From: a bacterium
GTDB taxonomy: Bacteria; Patescibacteriota; Patescibacteriia; Patescibacteriales; UBA12465
DNA length: 64,000 nt
Assembly (NCBI GenBank): GCA_035400585.1
Contig: DAOMZR010000001.1
Coordinates: forward strand, 191,347-255,346
Direction of reading: 5' to 3'
This document shows positions 1 through 8,700 of the stretch, piece by piece; the stretch's first letter is position 1; each line of letters begins with the position of its first letter. A model generated the notes under the pieces. That model was not told the origin of the DNA and did no database searches. It worked only from the letters and a program-made list of their open reading frames with translations. A program made the translations under genes and the position numbers.

Positions 1-1
1 T

Positions 2-1021
2 ATTGTTCAAATTTACGCTCGTGAAATTATCAATGGTCAGTTAGGAGAAGAATTTCATTATTATCTAAAATCGGACAAATCAGTCGGCTCTTCTTATTTT
101 GTTCATAAAATAAGCGATGAATTTTTACAAGAAAAGGGAAGCGATCCCGAAAAAATTTTGTTGGCTTTTAAGGAGTTTGTTGGCAATTCAGTGGTCGTTG
201 GTCATAATATCACTTTTGATATTAACATGGTTAGAGAAAATTCAAAAAGATATAATTTAAATTTTGAATTCAAGAATTATTACGATACTCTAGATTTATC
301 TAAAAGATTTTTAAATCTTGATAATTATAAGTTAGGAAATATAGCAAAAAAACTAAATTTTCAAATGGCTACTCACAGTGCTGATGATGACGTAGCCACA
401 ACTATTGAGTTGTTAATGTTTTTAAGTAATAAATTAGAAAAAACCAGTTTTGCCAGGGAGGCTGTTTGGAACAAATTCAAGGCTAAATTTATTGGTCTAA
501 GTTCTGATATAAATAATTTAGAAAAACAAATAGATAAATTGAGACCAGCAGATTTTTTAGATTTTATTTGGAAAGAGTCTGGCTTGGCTAACCACTATGA
601 AAAAGACGGTAACTTTGAACAAAGAAAAAAATCTTATCAAACACTAAAAACTTTTTTCGAAAACAGGGACGATCTTGATTTGCCAAACAGAACATCTTTA
701 TATAATTTAATTCATTACTCTGGTTTGGTAAAAAATATTGATTTTTTGGGAATTGAAAATGGTAGAATACCGGTAGTAACCATTCATCAGGTAAAGGGCT
801 TAGAATTTGATTATATTTTTTTATTGGGATTAAATGAAGGTATTTTTCCATTTTTTAAAACAGATAATTATGAGGAAGAAAAAAGACTTTTCTATGTTGC
901 TCTAACCAGAGCCAAGAAAAAAGTCTTTTTATCTTATAGTAAGTTTAATTATTACAATTATCCAGTGGCTAAAAGTCGTTTAATAGATATGATTGATGCT
1001 GATTTTGTTGAAAATATTTAA
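2..1021 (+). CDS. Partial (5' end outside window) DnaQ-like 3'-5' exonuclease domain joined to UvrD/PcrA-type helicase C-terminal region
   Basis: Frame is open from base 2 (IVQIYAREIINGQLGEEFHYYLKS...). Exonuclease motifs VVGHNITFDINM and HSADDDVATT; helicase motifs VVTIHQVKGLEFDYIFLLGLNEGIFP and EEKRLFYVALTRAKKKVFLSYS. Confidence 0.85.
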   Translation: MVQIYAREIINGQLGEEFHYYLKSDKSVGSSYFVHKISDEFLQEKGSDPEKILLAFKEFVGNSVVVGHNITFDINMVRENSKRYNLNFEFKNYYDTLDLSKRFLNLDNYKLGNIAKKLNFQMATHSADDDVATTIELLMFLSNKLEKTSFAREAVWNKFKAKFIGLSSDINNLEKQIDKLRPADFLDFIWKESGLANHYEKDGNFEQRKKSYQTLKTFFENRDDLDLPNRTSLYNLIHYSGLVKNIDFLGIENGRIPVVTIHQVKGLEFDYIFLLGLNEGIFPFFKTDNYEEEKRLFYVALTRAKKKVFLSYSKFNYYNYPVAKSRLIDMIDADFVENI

Positions 1022-1036
1022 AAAAGATGATATAAT
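1008..1036 (+). promoter_or_regulatory. Sigma70-type promoter TTGAAA-17-TATAAT, -10 ending 6 nt before the ATG at 1043
   Basis: TTGAAA 1008-1013, 17-bp spacer, TATAAT 1031-1036; predicted TSS coincides with the start codon. Confidence 0.7.
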
Positions 1037-1042
1037 TACAGT

Positions 1043-2287
1043 ATGAGTAAAAAAATTTTAGTTTTTTGTTTGTTTTTATTTTTTTTAGGGTTTTTTGTCA
1101 AAAGCTCTAGTTTTGTTTTGGGCCAAACAATTGACGATATTGACCAGGAAATTAAGACTTTAAATAATCAGATAGAAGGACAAAGAAAGCAGTTAGAATC
1201 GGTACAAGAACAACAAAAACAGTATACGGCTTTAATAAAAAAGAAAGAACAAGAACAAGATAGTCTTAAAAATCAACTAGAAATATTAGATGATCGAGCG
1301 AAGGTGGTTGAATTGGAGATTGAAGAGGTTAAAATAGAAATAAGTAAAAACAATCTTGAAGCAAAAAAAATAGCGATTGATATTGATAATAATAACAACA
1401 AAATAAACAAAGAAAAAAATCACATATCAGATTTACTTAAGTTGTTGTATAAACAAAATAAAACAACCCCGATAGAGATAATACTTCTAAATGACTCCTT
1501 AACTGATTTTATTGATCAGGTAAAATATTTAGAAAATACCAATAGTGAGGTTAGTAAAAGCTTGGTTTCGTTAAAGGATTTAAAAGAGCAACTAGAAAAA
1601 CAAGAAGAAATATTGAAAGAGAAGGAAAAAAAATTACAAGAATTAAAAGATGAGCTAGAAAAAAAACAATTAATTCTTAGTGGAGAGTTGGAAAATAAAG
1701 AATTTCTATTAAGTGAAACTAAAAAATCAGAACAAGAATATAGAAAATTGCTTGAAATGGCAAGAAAAGAGCAAGAAAAAGCTTCTAGTGAAATTTTGGC
1801 CTTAGAAAAGAGTGTTAGAGCTAAGATAGCTGAAAGACAAAAGGTGGGGGATAAGGATGTTAATGTTTTTAGTGATAGTGGTTTTGCTTGGCCAGTTGCA
1901 AAAAATGTTATTACAGCTTCTTTTCATGATCCAGATTATCCATTCAGACGAAGTATTGGTGAACATCCAGCTATTGATATTAGAGCTGCTCAAGGTTCAA
2001 CCTTAAAAGCGGCTGCCTCTGGATATGTTGCTCGTGTTAAGTTTAATGGAACAACTGCTTATTCTTATATAATGATAATTCATGAAGATGGCTATTCTAC
2101 TGTTTATGGGCATATTTCAGGAGTTAGTGTTAAAGAAGATGATTATGTTATTCAGGGTCAAGTAATAGGAAAAACTGGTGGGGCACCTAGAACAATTGGA
2201 GCCGGGGCTTTTTCTACTGGTCCTCATCTTCATTTCGAAATTAGAAAAGACGGAATACCAGTTGATCCAGAACCATTATTGCCATAA
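1043..2287 (+). CDS. Murein hydrolase activator / M23 family peptidase with N-terminal coiled coil (EnvC-like)
   Basis: Signal peptide, long coiled coil, C-terminal M23 signatures HPAIDIRAAQGS, GYSTVYGHI, GPHLHFEIRKDG. Confidence 0.9.
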   Translation: MSKKILVFCLFLFFLGFFVKSSSFVLGQTIDDIDQEIKTLNNQIEGQRKQLESVQEQQKQYTALIKKKEQEQDSLKNQLEILDDRAKVVELEIEEVKIEISKNNLEAKKIAIDIDNNNNKINKEKNHISDLLKLLYKQNKTTPIEIILLNDSLTDFIDQVKYLENTNSEVSKSLVSLKDLKEQLEKQEEILKEKEKKLQELKDELEKKQLILSGELENKEFLLSETKKSEQEYRKLLEMARKEQEKASSEILALEKSVRAKIAERQKVGDKDVNVFSDSGFAWPVAKNVITASFHDPDYPFRRSIGEHPAIDIRAAQGSTLKAAASGYVARVKFNGTTAYSYIMIIHEDGYSTVYGHISGVSVKEDDYVIQGQVIGKTGGAPRTIGAGAFSTGPHLHFEIRKDGIPVDPEPLLP

Positions 2288-2300
2288 TTAAACTTAAAAT

Positions 2301-3374
2301 ATGAAAAAAACTAATAAAAAAGCTTTTACTCTGATTGAGTTATTAGTAGTAATAGCAATTATTGGTATTTTAGCAACCTTAGCTGTTGTAGCTTTACAAC
2401 AAGCTCGTTCTCGTGCTCGCGATTCAAAGCGTGTAGCTGATATGAAACAACTCCAAACCGCTTTAGAATTGTTTTTTAATGAAAATAGTAGATATCCCAC
2501 TACTGATGAATGGAATAGTGGTTCTATAGTTTCTAGTTCTAGTGGTGAAACTTTTATGTATTCCTTACCATTAGCACCATCACCAGCTGATGGTGATTGT
2601 GCCACAGCTTCAAATTCTTATTCTTATATTCCGCAAAACAATGGGGCTAGTTACACAATTTCCTTTTGTCTAGGAAAACAAATTGCCGATTTATCAGAGG
2701 GAGCGAAGTGTTTAACACCCGGTGGTTTTGTTAATTGTTCTGGTGGGGGTGTTGAAGAAGAAACATCTGGTTCATTTGTAGATAGCAGGGATGGTAAAAC
2801 TTACTCCTGGGTTAAAATAGGTGATGATATTTGGATGAATACTAATTTAAATTATGATGGTAACTTTGTGGTTCAAGAAAATCAAGCCCCTTGTATCGAA
2901 GATGTTGTCGGTTGGAATTATTGGTCTTGTCAAATAGACAACAACAATCAAGAAAGATCTTGTTTTAACAACGTGGAAGGGAACTGCTCTTCTTACGGTG
3001 GTTTATATGAATGGTCAGAGGCAATGGGATTTCCTTATCAATGTAATTCAGCCTTTTTTTGGGATGGACAAAGTGATGATTGTGGTTTAGGCGGCAGTGC
3101 TTATGTAATAGATGCAAAACATCAAGGAATTTGTCCTAATGGATGGCACCTACCAAGTGATACAGAGTTAAGCAATTTATCAAATAATTACAACAATCAT
3201 TTTTCAGCTGATTTTCCAAGTATGTTTATTTACTTTTGGTCAGCAGTGCCAACTCAGGGATATGGACCTATTTTAGCAAAATATTTTTCTTTAGATTCTG
3301 GTGATAATTCTTATGTAAATATAAGTGAAACAAATAAATCATTAGCATCTAATATAAGGTGTGTAAAAGATTAA
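2301..3374 (+). CDS. Type IV prepilin/pseudopilin-like N-terminus joined to a FISUMP (Fibrobacter succinogenes major paralogous) domain
   Basis: MKKTNKKAFTLIELLVVIAIIGILATLAVVALQQARSRARDSKRVADMKQLQTAL; C-terminal DGKTYSWVKIGDDIWMNTNLNYDG...CPNGWHLPSDTELSNLS. Confidence 0.85.
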   Translation: MKKTNKKAFTLIELLVVIAIIGILATLAVVALQQARSRARDSKRVADMKQLQTALELFFNENSRYPTTDEWNSGSIVSSSSGETFMYSLPLAPSPADGDCATASNSYSYIPQNNGASYTISFCLGKQIADLSEGAKCLTPGGFVNCSGGGVEEETSGSFVDSRDGKTYSWVKIGDDIWMNTNLNYDGNFVVQENQAPCIEDVVGWNYWSCQIDNNNQERSCFNNVEGNCSSYGGLYEWSEAMGFPYQCNSAFFWDGQSDDCGLGGSAYVIDAKHQGICPNGWHLPSDTELSNLSNNYNNHFSADFPSMFIYFWSAVPTQGYGPILAKYFSLDSGDNSYVNISETNKSLASNIRCVKD

Positions 3375-3398
3375 AAAAAACATACCTATACAATTATA

Positions 3399-3424
3399 AA
3401 AAACCCCGATATTCGGGGTTTTTA
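3399..3424. terminator. Bidirectional Rho-independent terminator between convergent genes
   Basis: aaaaaccccgatattcggggtttttt hairpin with A/T tracts on both sides. Confidence 0.85.
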
Positions 3425-4372
3425 TATTTTTCTATTGGAGTGAATTTTTCGATGAATATCTCCTAATTGTTTGCTAGTGACATGAGTGTAAACTTGAGTG
3501 GTGGCTATATTTTTATGTCCCAAAAATTCTTGTACTAGTCTTAAATCAACTCCTTGTGACATTAAGTCAGTTGCAAAACTATGTCTTAAAGTGTGTGGTG
3601 TAGCCATGACAGGCAAACCACTTATTTTTATATATTTTTTAACAATTGATTCAATACTTTTAGCCGTTAACCTCCTAGATTCTCCTGTTTTTTCAATTCC
3701 TGGTTTATAATTTATAAATAGGGCAGGGTCAATGTCGCTTCTTTTATCTAAATATTTTTTAATAGCTTTTAAAGCTCTTTCGGAAAAATAAACCGTTCTT
3801 ACTTTTTGTCCCTTACCAACAACACTTATTTCTAAAAAATCAGAACCGCTTTTTATTTTTATTTGATCTCTATTTAAAGCGATAAGCTCTGAAACGCGCA
3901 AACCAGTAGAGAAGAGAGTTTCTAGAATAGATCTGTCTCTTAAACCTTTTATATCGGATTCGTCTGGTGATTCTAATAATCTTTTTAATTGATCTAAATT
4001 TAAAAATTTTATTTCTCGCTCTGATCTGTCCTTGGCCAATTTTATCTTGCTAGGGGGCAGAGACGTGATGTTTTTCTCAACAAAAAATTCTAAAAGAGAC
4101 CTAAGGGCTATTAAATAGTAGTTTTGAGTACTTTTCTTAAGCGGACGATTGTTTAAAGGATTTATATGTCTGGATAGAAACAGGCGATATTTCCAGACGT
4201 GATCTTCGTTTAAGTCTTCTGGTTTTAAATCAGCCAGATTGGATGACTTCAACCACTTAAAAAAGTTATTTAGAAATCTAGAATAATTTTCTTGGGTTTT
4301 AAGGGAAAGTCCTTTTTCAATTTCGCTATAATCAAGAAAGTCCCTTAGATAAGTTATTATTGGTTTGTTCAT
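3422..4372 (-). CDS. Tyrosine recombinase, XerC/XerD family
   Basis: 316 aa; catalytic signatures STGLRVSELIAL, TPHTLRHSFATDLMSQGVDLRLVQEFLGHKNIATTQVYTHV. Confidence 0.92.
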   Translation of the reverse strand: MNKPIITYLRDFLDYSEIEKGLSLKTQENYSRFLNNFFKWLKSSNLADLKPEDLNEDHVWKYRLFLSRHINPLNNRPLKKSTQNYYLIALRSLLEFFVEKNITSLPPSKIKLAKDRSEREIKFLNLDQLKRLLESPDESDIKGLRDRSILETLFSTGLRVSELIALNRDQIKIKSGSDFLEISVVGKGQKVRTVYFSERALKAIKKYLDKRSDIDPALFINYKPGIEKTGESRRLTAKSIESIVKKYIKISGLPVMATPHTLRHSFATDLMSQGVDLRLVQEFLGHKNIATTQVYTHVTSKQLGDIHRKIHSNRKI

Positions 4373-4423
4373 GAGGGGAAAGGTATAAATTATGATTTAA
4401 AGCTAATTATCTTATTATACTAT

Positions 4424-4451
4424 ACTTCGCATAATGTATATTAATTAACTT
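4424..4451. promoter_or_regulatory. dif: Candidate dif (Xer recombination) site
   Basis: ACTTCGCATAA-TGTATA-TTAATTAACTT. Contains CGCATAATGTATATTA, identical to that part of the E. coli dif core; lies about 50 bp upstream of the Xer gene start. Confidence 0.75.
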
Positions 4452-4496
4452 TATATATTAATTATAAAGACAAACAGGCCTTTAGTCAAGATATCC

Positions 4497-4640
4497 TTAA
4501 TAAATAGTCAATCCCATTAATCTTATTTCTGGAACAAACAACAATCCTATTTTTAAAAAAATTAAAAAAACACCTACAACAACTAAACAAAAAATAAAAA
4601 TTGCTAGACCAAAAATAAATTTAAATGTTCCTTCTCCCAT
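4497..4640 (-). CDS. Small single-pass membrane protein (47 aa), not in the supplied ORF track
   Basis: Open frame MGEGTFKFIFGLAIFIFCLVVVGVFLIFLKIGLLFVPEIRLMGLTIY*; start context AAAAATATG matches neighbouring genes. Confidence 0.55.
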   Translation of the reverse strand: MGEGTFKFIFGLAIFIFCLVVVGVFLIFLKIGLLFVPEIRLMGLTIY

Positions 4641-4662
4641 ATTTTTAAATTAATTATATTAA

Positions 4663-5622
4663 TTAGCGAAAATATATTTTATCTCCATATCTAATGTCTA
4701 TATATTCAACACCCTTTAATTTGTCTCTATATTCGTTTCTAAGCATCATAAAACGTCTGATTTGGGTGTCATAATCATCTTTTAAGCTAAAAAAGACTAG
4801 AACGTCATTATAAAGCTTAACCTTGATTGTGTCTCTTGACTCATCAATGACAAATTTTTTAGCCCTAAAATCACTTTCTATACCCAAATCATTGTAAAGT
4901 TTTTTGGTGAAATCAAGGTATTCTTTGCTAATTTTAGCTTGTTTTTTTTCAAAATTAATTAAAGATGAGGTCTCGATATTTTCAATTATTGGATTAAAAT
5001 TATCTTTTAAGATATTTTCTTTTAATTTTAAACATTCATTTTCTGCTTCTAGAAGCCTTTTTTCAATGTTTTCGAGTGTTTCTTGGCTTGTAGATGCTAA
5101 ATTATCCTGATTAACTTCAATATTTTCAGAATTTTCTATATCTGAACAAACTTTTTGCTCTAAAACTAAATTAGCCTGATTATCAAGATAGTAAAAAGTG
5201 CTACCTTCTTCTAAAATATAGGCTATTTCCCTTTCCTCTATATTTATTTTTATGCCAGAAAAAGGCCCCTTTTTAACATCTAGCTTGGAGAAATTATAAA
5301 CGTTCATTTTTTCAATTAACTCTTGTTTGTTAAAAAAAACTACATTTTTTTGAGGAAAAACAAACGTTTTGCCAGAATCAACCTGATCTTGAACTATTTT
5401 TTCTATTTCTTCCTGATTAATTCTACTCAAACCATTGATTTTTATATTTTTTATAACAAATATTTGGGTAAAAAAAACTAAATATATTAGAAATATTAAG
5501 ACAATAGACCCTGTTACTAAACAATATAAGCATCTTTTTTTAAATCTTTTATTGCTTTTTTCCTTAATAAAAGGGTTATTTATCCTTTTTCCGGTTATTT
5601 TTGTAAGTTCAGCTCTACTCAT
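4663..5622 (-). CDS. ftsQ: FtsQ/DivIB-like cell division protein (TM + POTRA-like domain)
   Basis: N-terminal TM then FVIKNIKINGLSRINQEEIEKIVQ POTRA-like segment. Confidence 0.65.
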   Translation of the reverse strand: MSRAELTKITGKRINNPFIKEKSNKRFKKRCLYCLVTGSIVLIFLIYLVFFTQIFVIKNIKINGLSRINQEEIEKIVQDQVDSGKTFVFPQKNVVFFNKQELIEKMNVYNFSKLDVKKGPFSGIKINIEEREIAYILEEGSTFYYLDNQANLVLEQKVCSDIENSENIEVNQDNLASTSQETLENIEKRLLEAENECLKLKENILKDNFNPIIENIETSSLINFEKKQAKISKEYLDFTKKLYNDLGIESDFRAKKFVIDESRDTIKVKLYNDVLVFFSLKDDYDTQIRRFMMLRNEYRDKLKGVEYIDIRYGDKIYFR

Positions 5623-5624
5623 AA

Positions 5625-6779
5625 TTAAACTATTTTTCTTTTAATTCTATTATTTAAACGACAAAGAAGTTCATAATTAACGATGTTGATTTTTTTGCAA
5701 AGATTTTCAACCGAATTTTCCATGTCATTTATTTCTGATATTATTTGAACTTTATCGCCAATTTCAATTTTATTGTCGAAACAATTTATACAGGAAAGGT
5801 TCATGCAAACATTTCCAGCTATTTTTGCCCAAAAAATGCTATTATTTTTGTTGAATAAAAATTTTGCACAGTTAGAAAATCTTCTATCAAGACCTTCAAA
5901 GTATCCAAAAGGTATTACTGCAATATTGTTTTGATTATCATTAACAAAACTTTCGGCATAAGAAACCTTTTCTCCTTCTGATAGTTGGTTATGGACGTTA
6001 ACTACGGTAGAGTAAAGCCTTAAAGATGGTTTTAAATTGTTTTTTGCTTGATTATAATAAGAATCACTCTCTCTTAGTGGATTATAGCCATAAAAAGCTA
6101 ATCCTGGCCTAAAGGCAGTATAAATATCGTTCTTGAGATTAAAAATTGCGGCTGAATTGCCTAGGTGAATCCATTTCGGATATATTTTATTGTTTTTAAG
6201 ATCATTCAGGGCTTCTATAAATCTATCTTCCTGTAGTTTGTTAAAATTACTGTCCGAATTATCGGCTTCGGCTAAATGAGAGCAAAAACCGGTTATCTCT
6301 ACTTGATCTAAAAATTTTTTATTATCATTTATAAACTTTGACAAGTCATCTATTCCCTCTCGGTTCATTCCGGTGTTTACAAATAAATGAATTTTAATCT
6401 TTTTACCATACTTCGACAAATATTTTAAAGTTTTTTCATTATAAATAACAAATTCTGTTCTTTTAAATTTACAATATTTGTAAGTCTTAAGTGGCATTTC
6501 TCCCAAAATCAAAACTTGACCTTTAAAATTTTTATAAACTATTTGAGCTTCAGGAAAAGAATCAACAGCCACCATCTTAATGTTGGTTTTATTTAATATT
6601 TTACAAATCTCTTTTAAACCATGTCCGTAAGCATTACTTTTTAAAACTGGGAAAATTTCTGCTTTTGTTTGTAAGGATTGTAAATAGTTAATATTGTGCC
6701 AAATACTTTTGCTTATAATTTCTATTTCATTTAAGGGCTGGTATCTTGGTTTTATTATTTCTTTTATTAAATTAATCAT
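5625..6779 (-). CDS. alr: Alanine racemase
   Basis: PLP motif FPVLKSNAYGHGL, GMNREGI, HLGNSAA, CMNLSCINC. Confidence 0.93.
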   Translation of the reverse strand: MINLIKEIIKPRYQPLNEIEIISKSIWHNINYLQSLQTKAEIFPVLKSNAYGHGLKEICKILNKTNIKMVAVDSFPEAQIVYKNFKGQVLILGEMPLKTYKYCKFKRTEFVIYNEKTLKYLSKYGKKIKIHLFVNTGMNREGIDDLSKFINDNKKFLDQVEITGFCSHLAEADNSDSNFNKLQEDRFIEALNDLKNNKIYPKWIHLGNSAAIFNLKNDIYTAFRPGLAFYGYNPLRESDSYYNQAKNNLKPSLRLYSTVVNVHNQLSEGEKVSYAESFVNDNQNNIAVIPFGYFEGLDRRFSNCAKFLFNKNNSIFWAKIAGNVCMNLSCINCFDNKIEIGDKVQIISEINDMENSVENLCKKINIVNYELLCRLNNRIKRKIV

Positions 6780-6782
6780 AAA

Positions 6783-8636
6783 TTATTTAAATATAACAAC
6801 CTTGCCTTTTCCAGTAGATAATAAATCACCATCCAAATTAGTATTAATATTATTTAAATTCTGAAAAATTTCTTGTCCAGTGAAATCATCATAAGCCGTA
6901 AATTTAATATCTCTAACCAAGTCCAAAACTTTTCCCAAATCTTCTTTTCCTGGAATTAAAGTTATTTCAAAATTAGCTCGATACTTATTAATACCAGCAT
7001 CAATTTCGTTTATTTCCCAAATTAATCTTTTGCCAATTTCGGCATAAGTAAGTTTTCCATCAAGAACTCTTTTATTTTCGGAAAAATAAACATTATCGGG
7101 TAATTCAGCTGTTAAAACAAAATTTTTTAATTTATTTCCCGAGTTGTTAAATTCTAAAAATACCCAGTAATTAGTAGCTAAATCAACTGCCGGAGGCAAT
7201 GGTCCAACACCTAACTGATCACCCTGAGGACTATAATAACGAGCCAAAACACTTCCCAGGACCTCAGAAACTATCTTTGTTTTTGGTGAATAAGATATGT
7301 ATCTAACATTTTGATTATTAATTTGATATTCAACATCAGCCACTAATAAAATTTCTTGATTGGCTAAAACCTGACGTCTTTCAAAAGAAACTTCTAAATC
7401 AATTTCGCCTTCTTCCTGAGAAATCAGATCTTCAATAATAATAGTATTTTTTTCAATTCTAGTATTTTTAGGAACGGAAATTCCTTCCACCGAAGATAAA
7501 AACAAACCAATCTGACCAGAATTTAATCTAATATTAATATTTTTTATACTCTCAGAACTTTGATTGTTATATTTGATTTTATAATTAATCTTTTCTCCGT
7601 TTTCAGCAATATTTTTGTTGGAATTTATTTCTATTTTTATCTCTGGATCACTGACGTTAAAACTTAAATTATTTTCATTTTGATGAAATTTATTATTTAA
7701 AAAATCGAAAGATATTTTTGGTTTAATTTCAACATTATTAGCTTTACTCGTTAAAAAGACAGAATATTCCAAACTTTGTCTTGGCTCTATCTTTTCCAAA
7801 AATAATTTATTATTTTCTATTTTTAAGTCTGATTTTTTTAATTCAATTGAATCACTTAATTCTATTTCTAAATTTTTTAATTCTCGACTAGCATTATTTT
7901 TAATAAACAGCTTAGCTTCAACCTCGCTACCATTATAAATTTTATCTGGAAAATTAATACTAAAATCATTAAAATATTTGCTAATATTGTAAAAATAAGA
8001 ACTAGATATTCCCTCTTTACCACATTTATCACAAGCAAAATTGAAAGAAATCATTTGATGATCGCCTTTATTTCCTATGACATAACCCTCTATTTTTATC
8101 TTGCCAGTACTACCAGATGGTAAATTTTCCAAATAAAAGGTGTTTTTTTCTCCATCATAATAATTGAGTGGGGTTGCACTTTCTAAAATAAAGTTTCTAG
8201 GAAATTCTACCTTGATTTTACCATCCTTTACATCCTCATTAGTCCTATACTCCAATTCAAATGTTTTAAGTTGACCAGCTACAACATTTTGATCATCAAC
8301 ATTTATTTTTAGAGCTATTTTATCATCTTTATTGGAAAACGATATAAAAGAAAAAATAATCAAACCTATAATTATCAAAACTAAAATGACATCAGCGACT
8401 AAATGCCAAAAATTTTCCTGGTAATGTCTCTCGTGTCTTTTTTTGAGTGAATCTGATATTAAATTTAAACTACCAATAACAAAATTACCTCCTTTTTTAA
8501 CATTAACACCTTCCGGAGTAATTTTTACTGCCTGTTCTTGATCTAAACTAGAAATCTCTAGATTACTATTTACAGGTTCAATAACCTCCAGATTTCCATC
8601 ATTTTTATCAAATGTTTCTTGGTTATTTTTATTCAT
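6783..8636 (-). CDS. Large membrane-anchored protein with repeated beta-sandwich (DUF11/CARDB-like) extracellular domains
   Basis: Single TM near residue 80, then repeated NNxSSExIKNIxIxL / YRTNEDVKDGKIKVEFP type segments. Confidence 0.6.
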   Translation of the reverse strand: MNKNNQETFDKNDGNLEVIEPVNSNLEISSLDQEQAVKITPEGVNVKKGGNFVIGSLNLISDSLKKRHERHYQENFWHLVADVILVLIIIGLIIFSFISFSNKDDKIALKINVDDQNVVAGQLKTFELEYRTNEDVKDGKIKVEFPRNFILESATPLNYYDGEKNTFYLENLPSGSTGKIKIEGYVIGNKGDHQMISFNFACDKCGKEGISSSYFYNISKYFNDFSINFPDKIYNGSEVEAKLFIKNNASRELKNLEIELSDSIELKKSDLKIENNKLFLEKIEPRQSLEYSVFLTSKANNVEIKPKISFDFLNNKFHQNENNLSFNVSDPEIKIEINSNKNIAENGEKINYKIKYNNQSSESIKNINIRLNSGQIGLFLSSVEGISVPKNTRIEKNTIIIEDLISQEEGEIDLEVSFERRQVLANQEILLVADVEYQINNQNVRYISYSPKTKIVSEVLGSVLARYYSPQGDQLGVGPLPPAVDLATNYWVFLEFNNSGNKLKNFVLTAELPDNVYFSENKRVLDGKLTYAEIGKRLIWEINEIDAGINKYRANFEITLIPGKEDLGKVLDLVRDIKFTAYDDFTGQEIFQNLNNINTNLDGDLLSTGKGKVVIFK

Positions 8637-8659
8637 ATTTTTATCTTTTATATGTCTTA

Positions 8660-8688
8660 ATTATAGTTTATTTTTGATTTAAAAGCAA
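8660..8688 (-). promoter_or_regulatory. Promoter for the 8636 gene: TTGCTT-17-TATAAT
   Basis: On the minus strand TTGCTT (8683-8688) and TATAAT (8660-8665) with 17-bp spacing. Confidence 0.55.
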
Positions 8689-8700
8689 TGTGATTTTTTT

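Noticed and set aside
2294-2605. 103-aa minus-strand ORF opposite the pseudopilin gene
   Set aside because: Antisense to a clear prepilin N-terminus; composition fits a shadow ORF.
3422-4372. Xer-family gene considered as an integrase of a mobile element
   Set aside because: No cargo, tRNA or att repeats nearby; adjacency to a dif-like site and orientation switch fit chromosome dimer resolution better.
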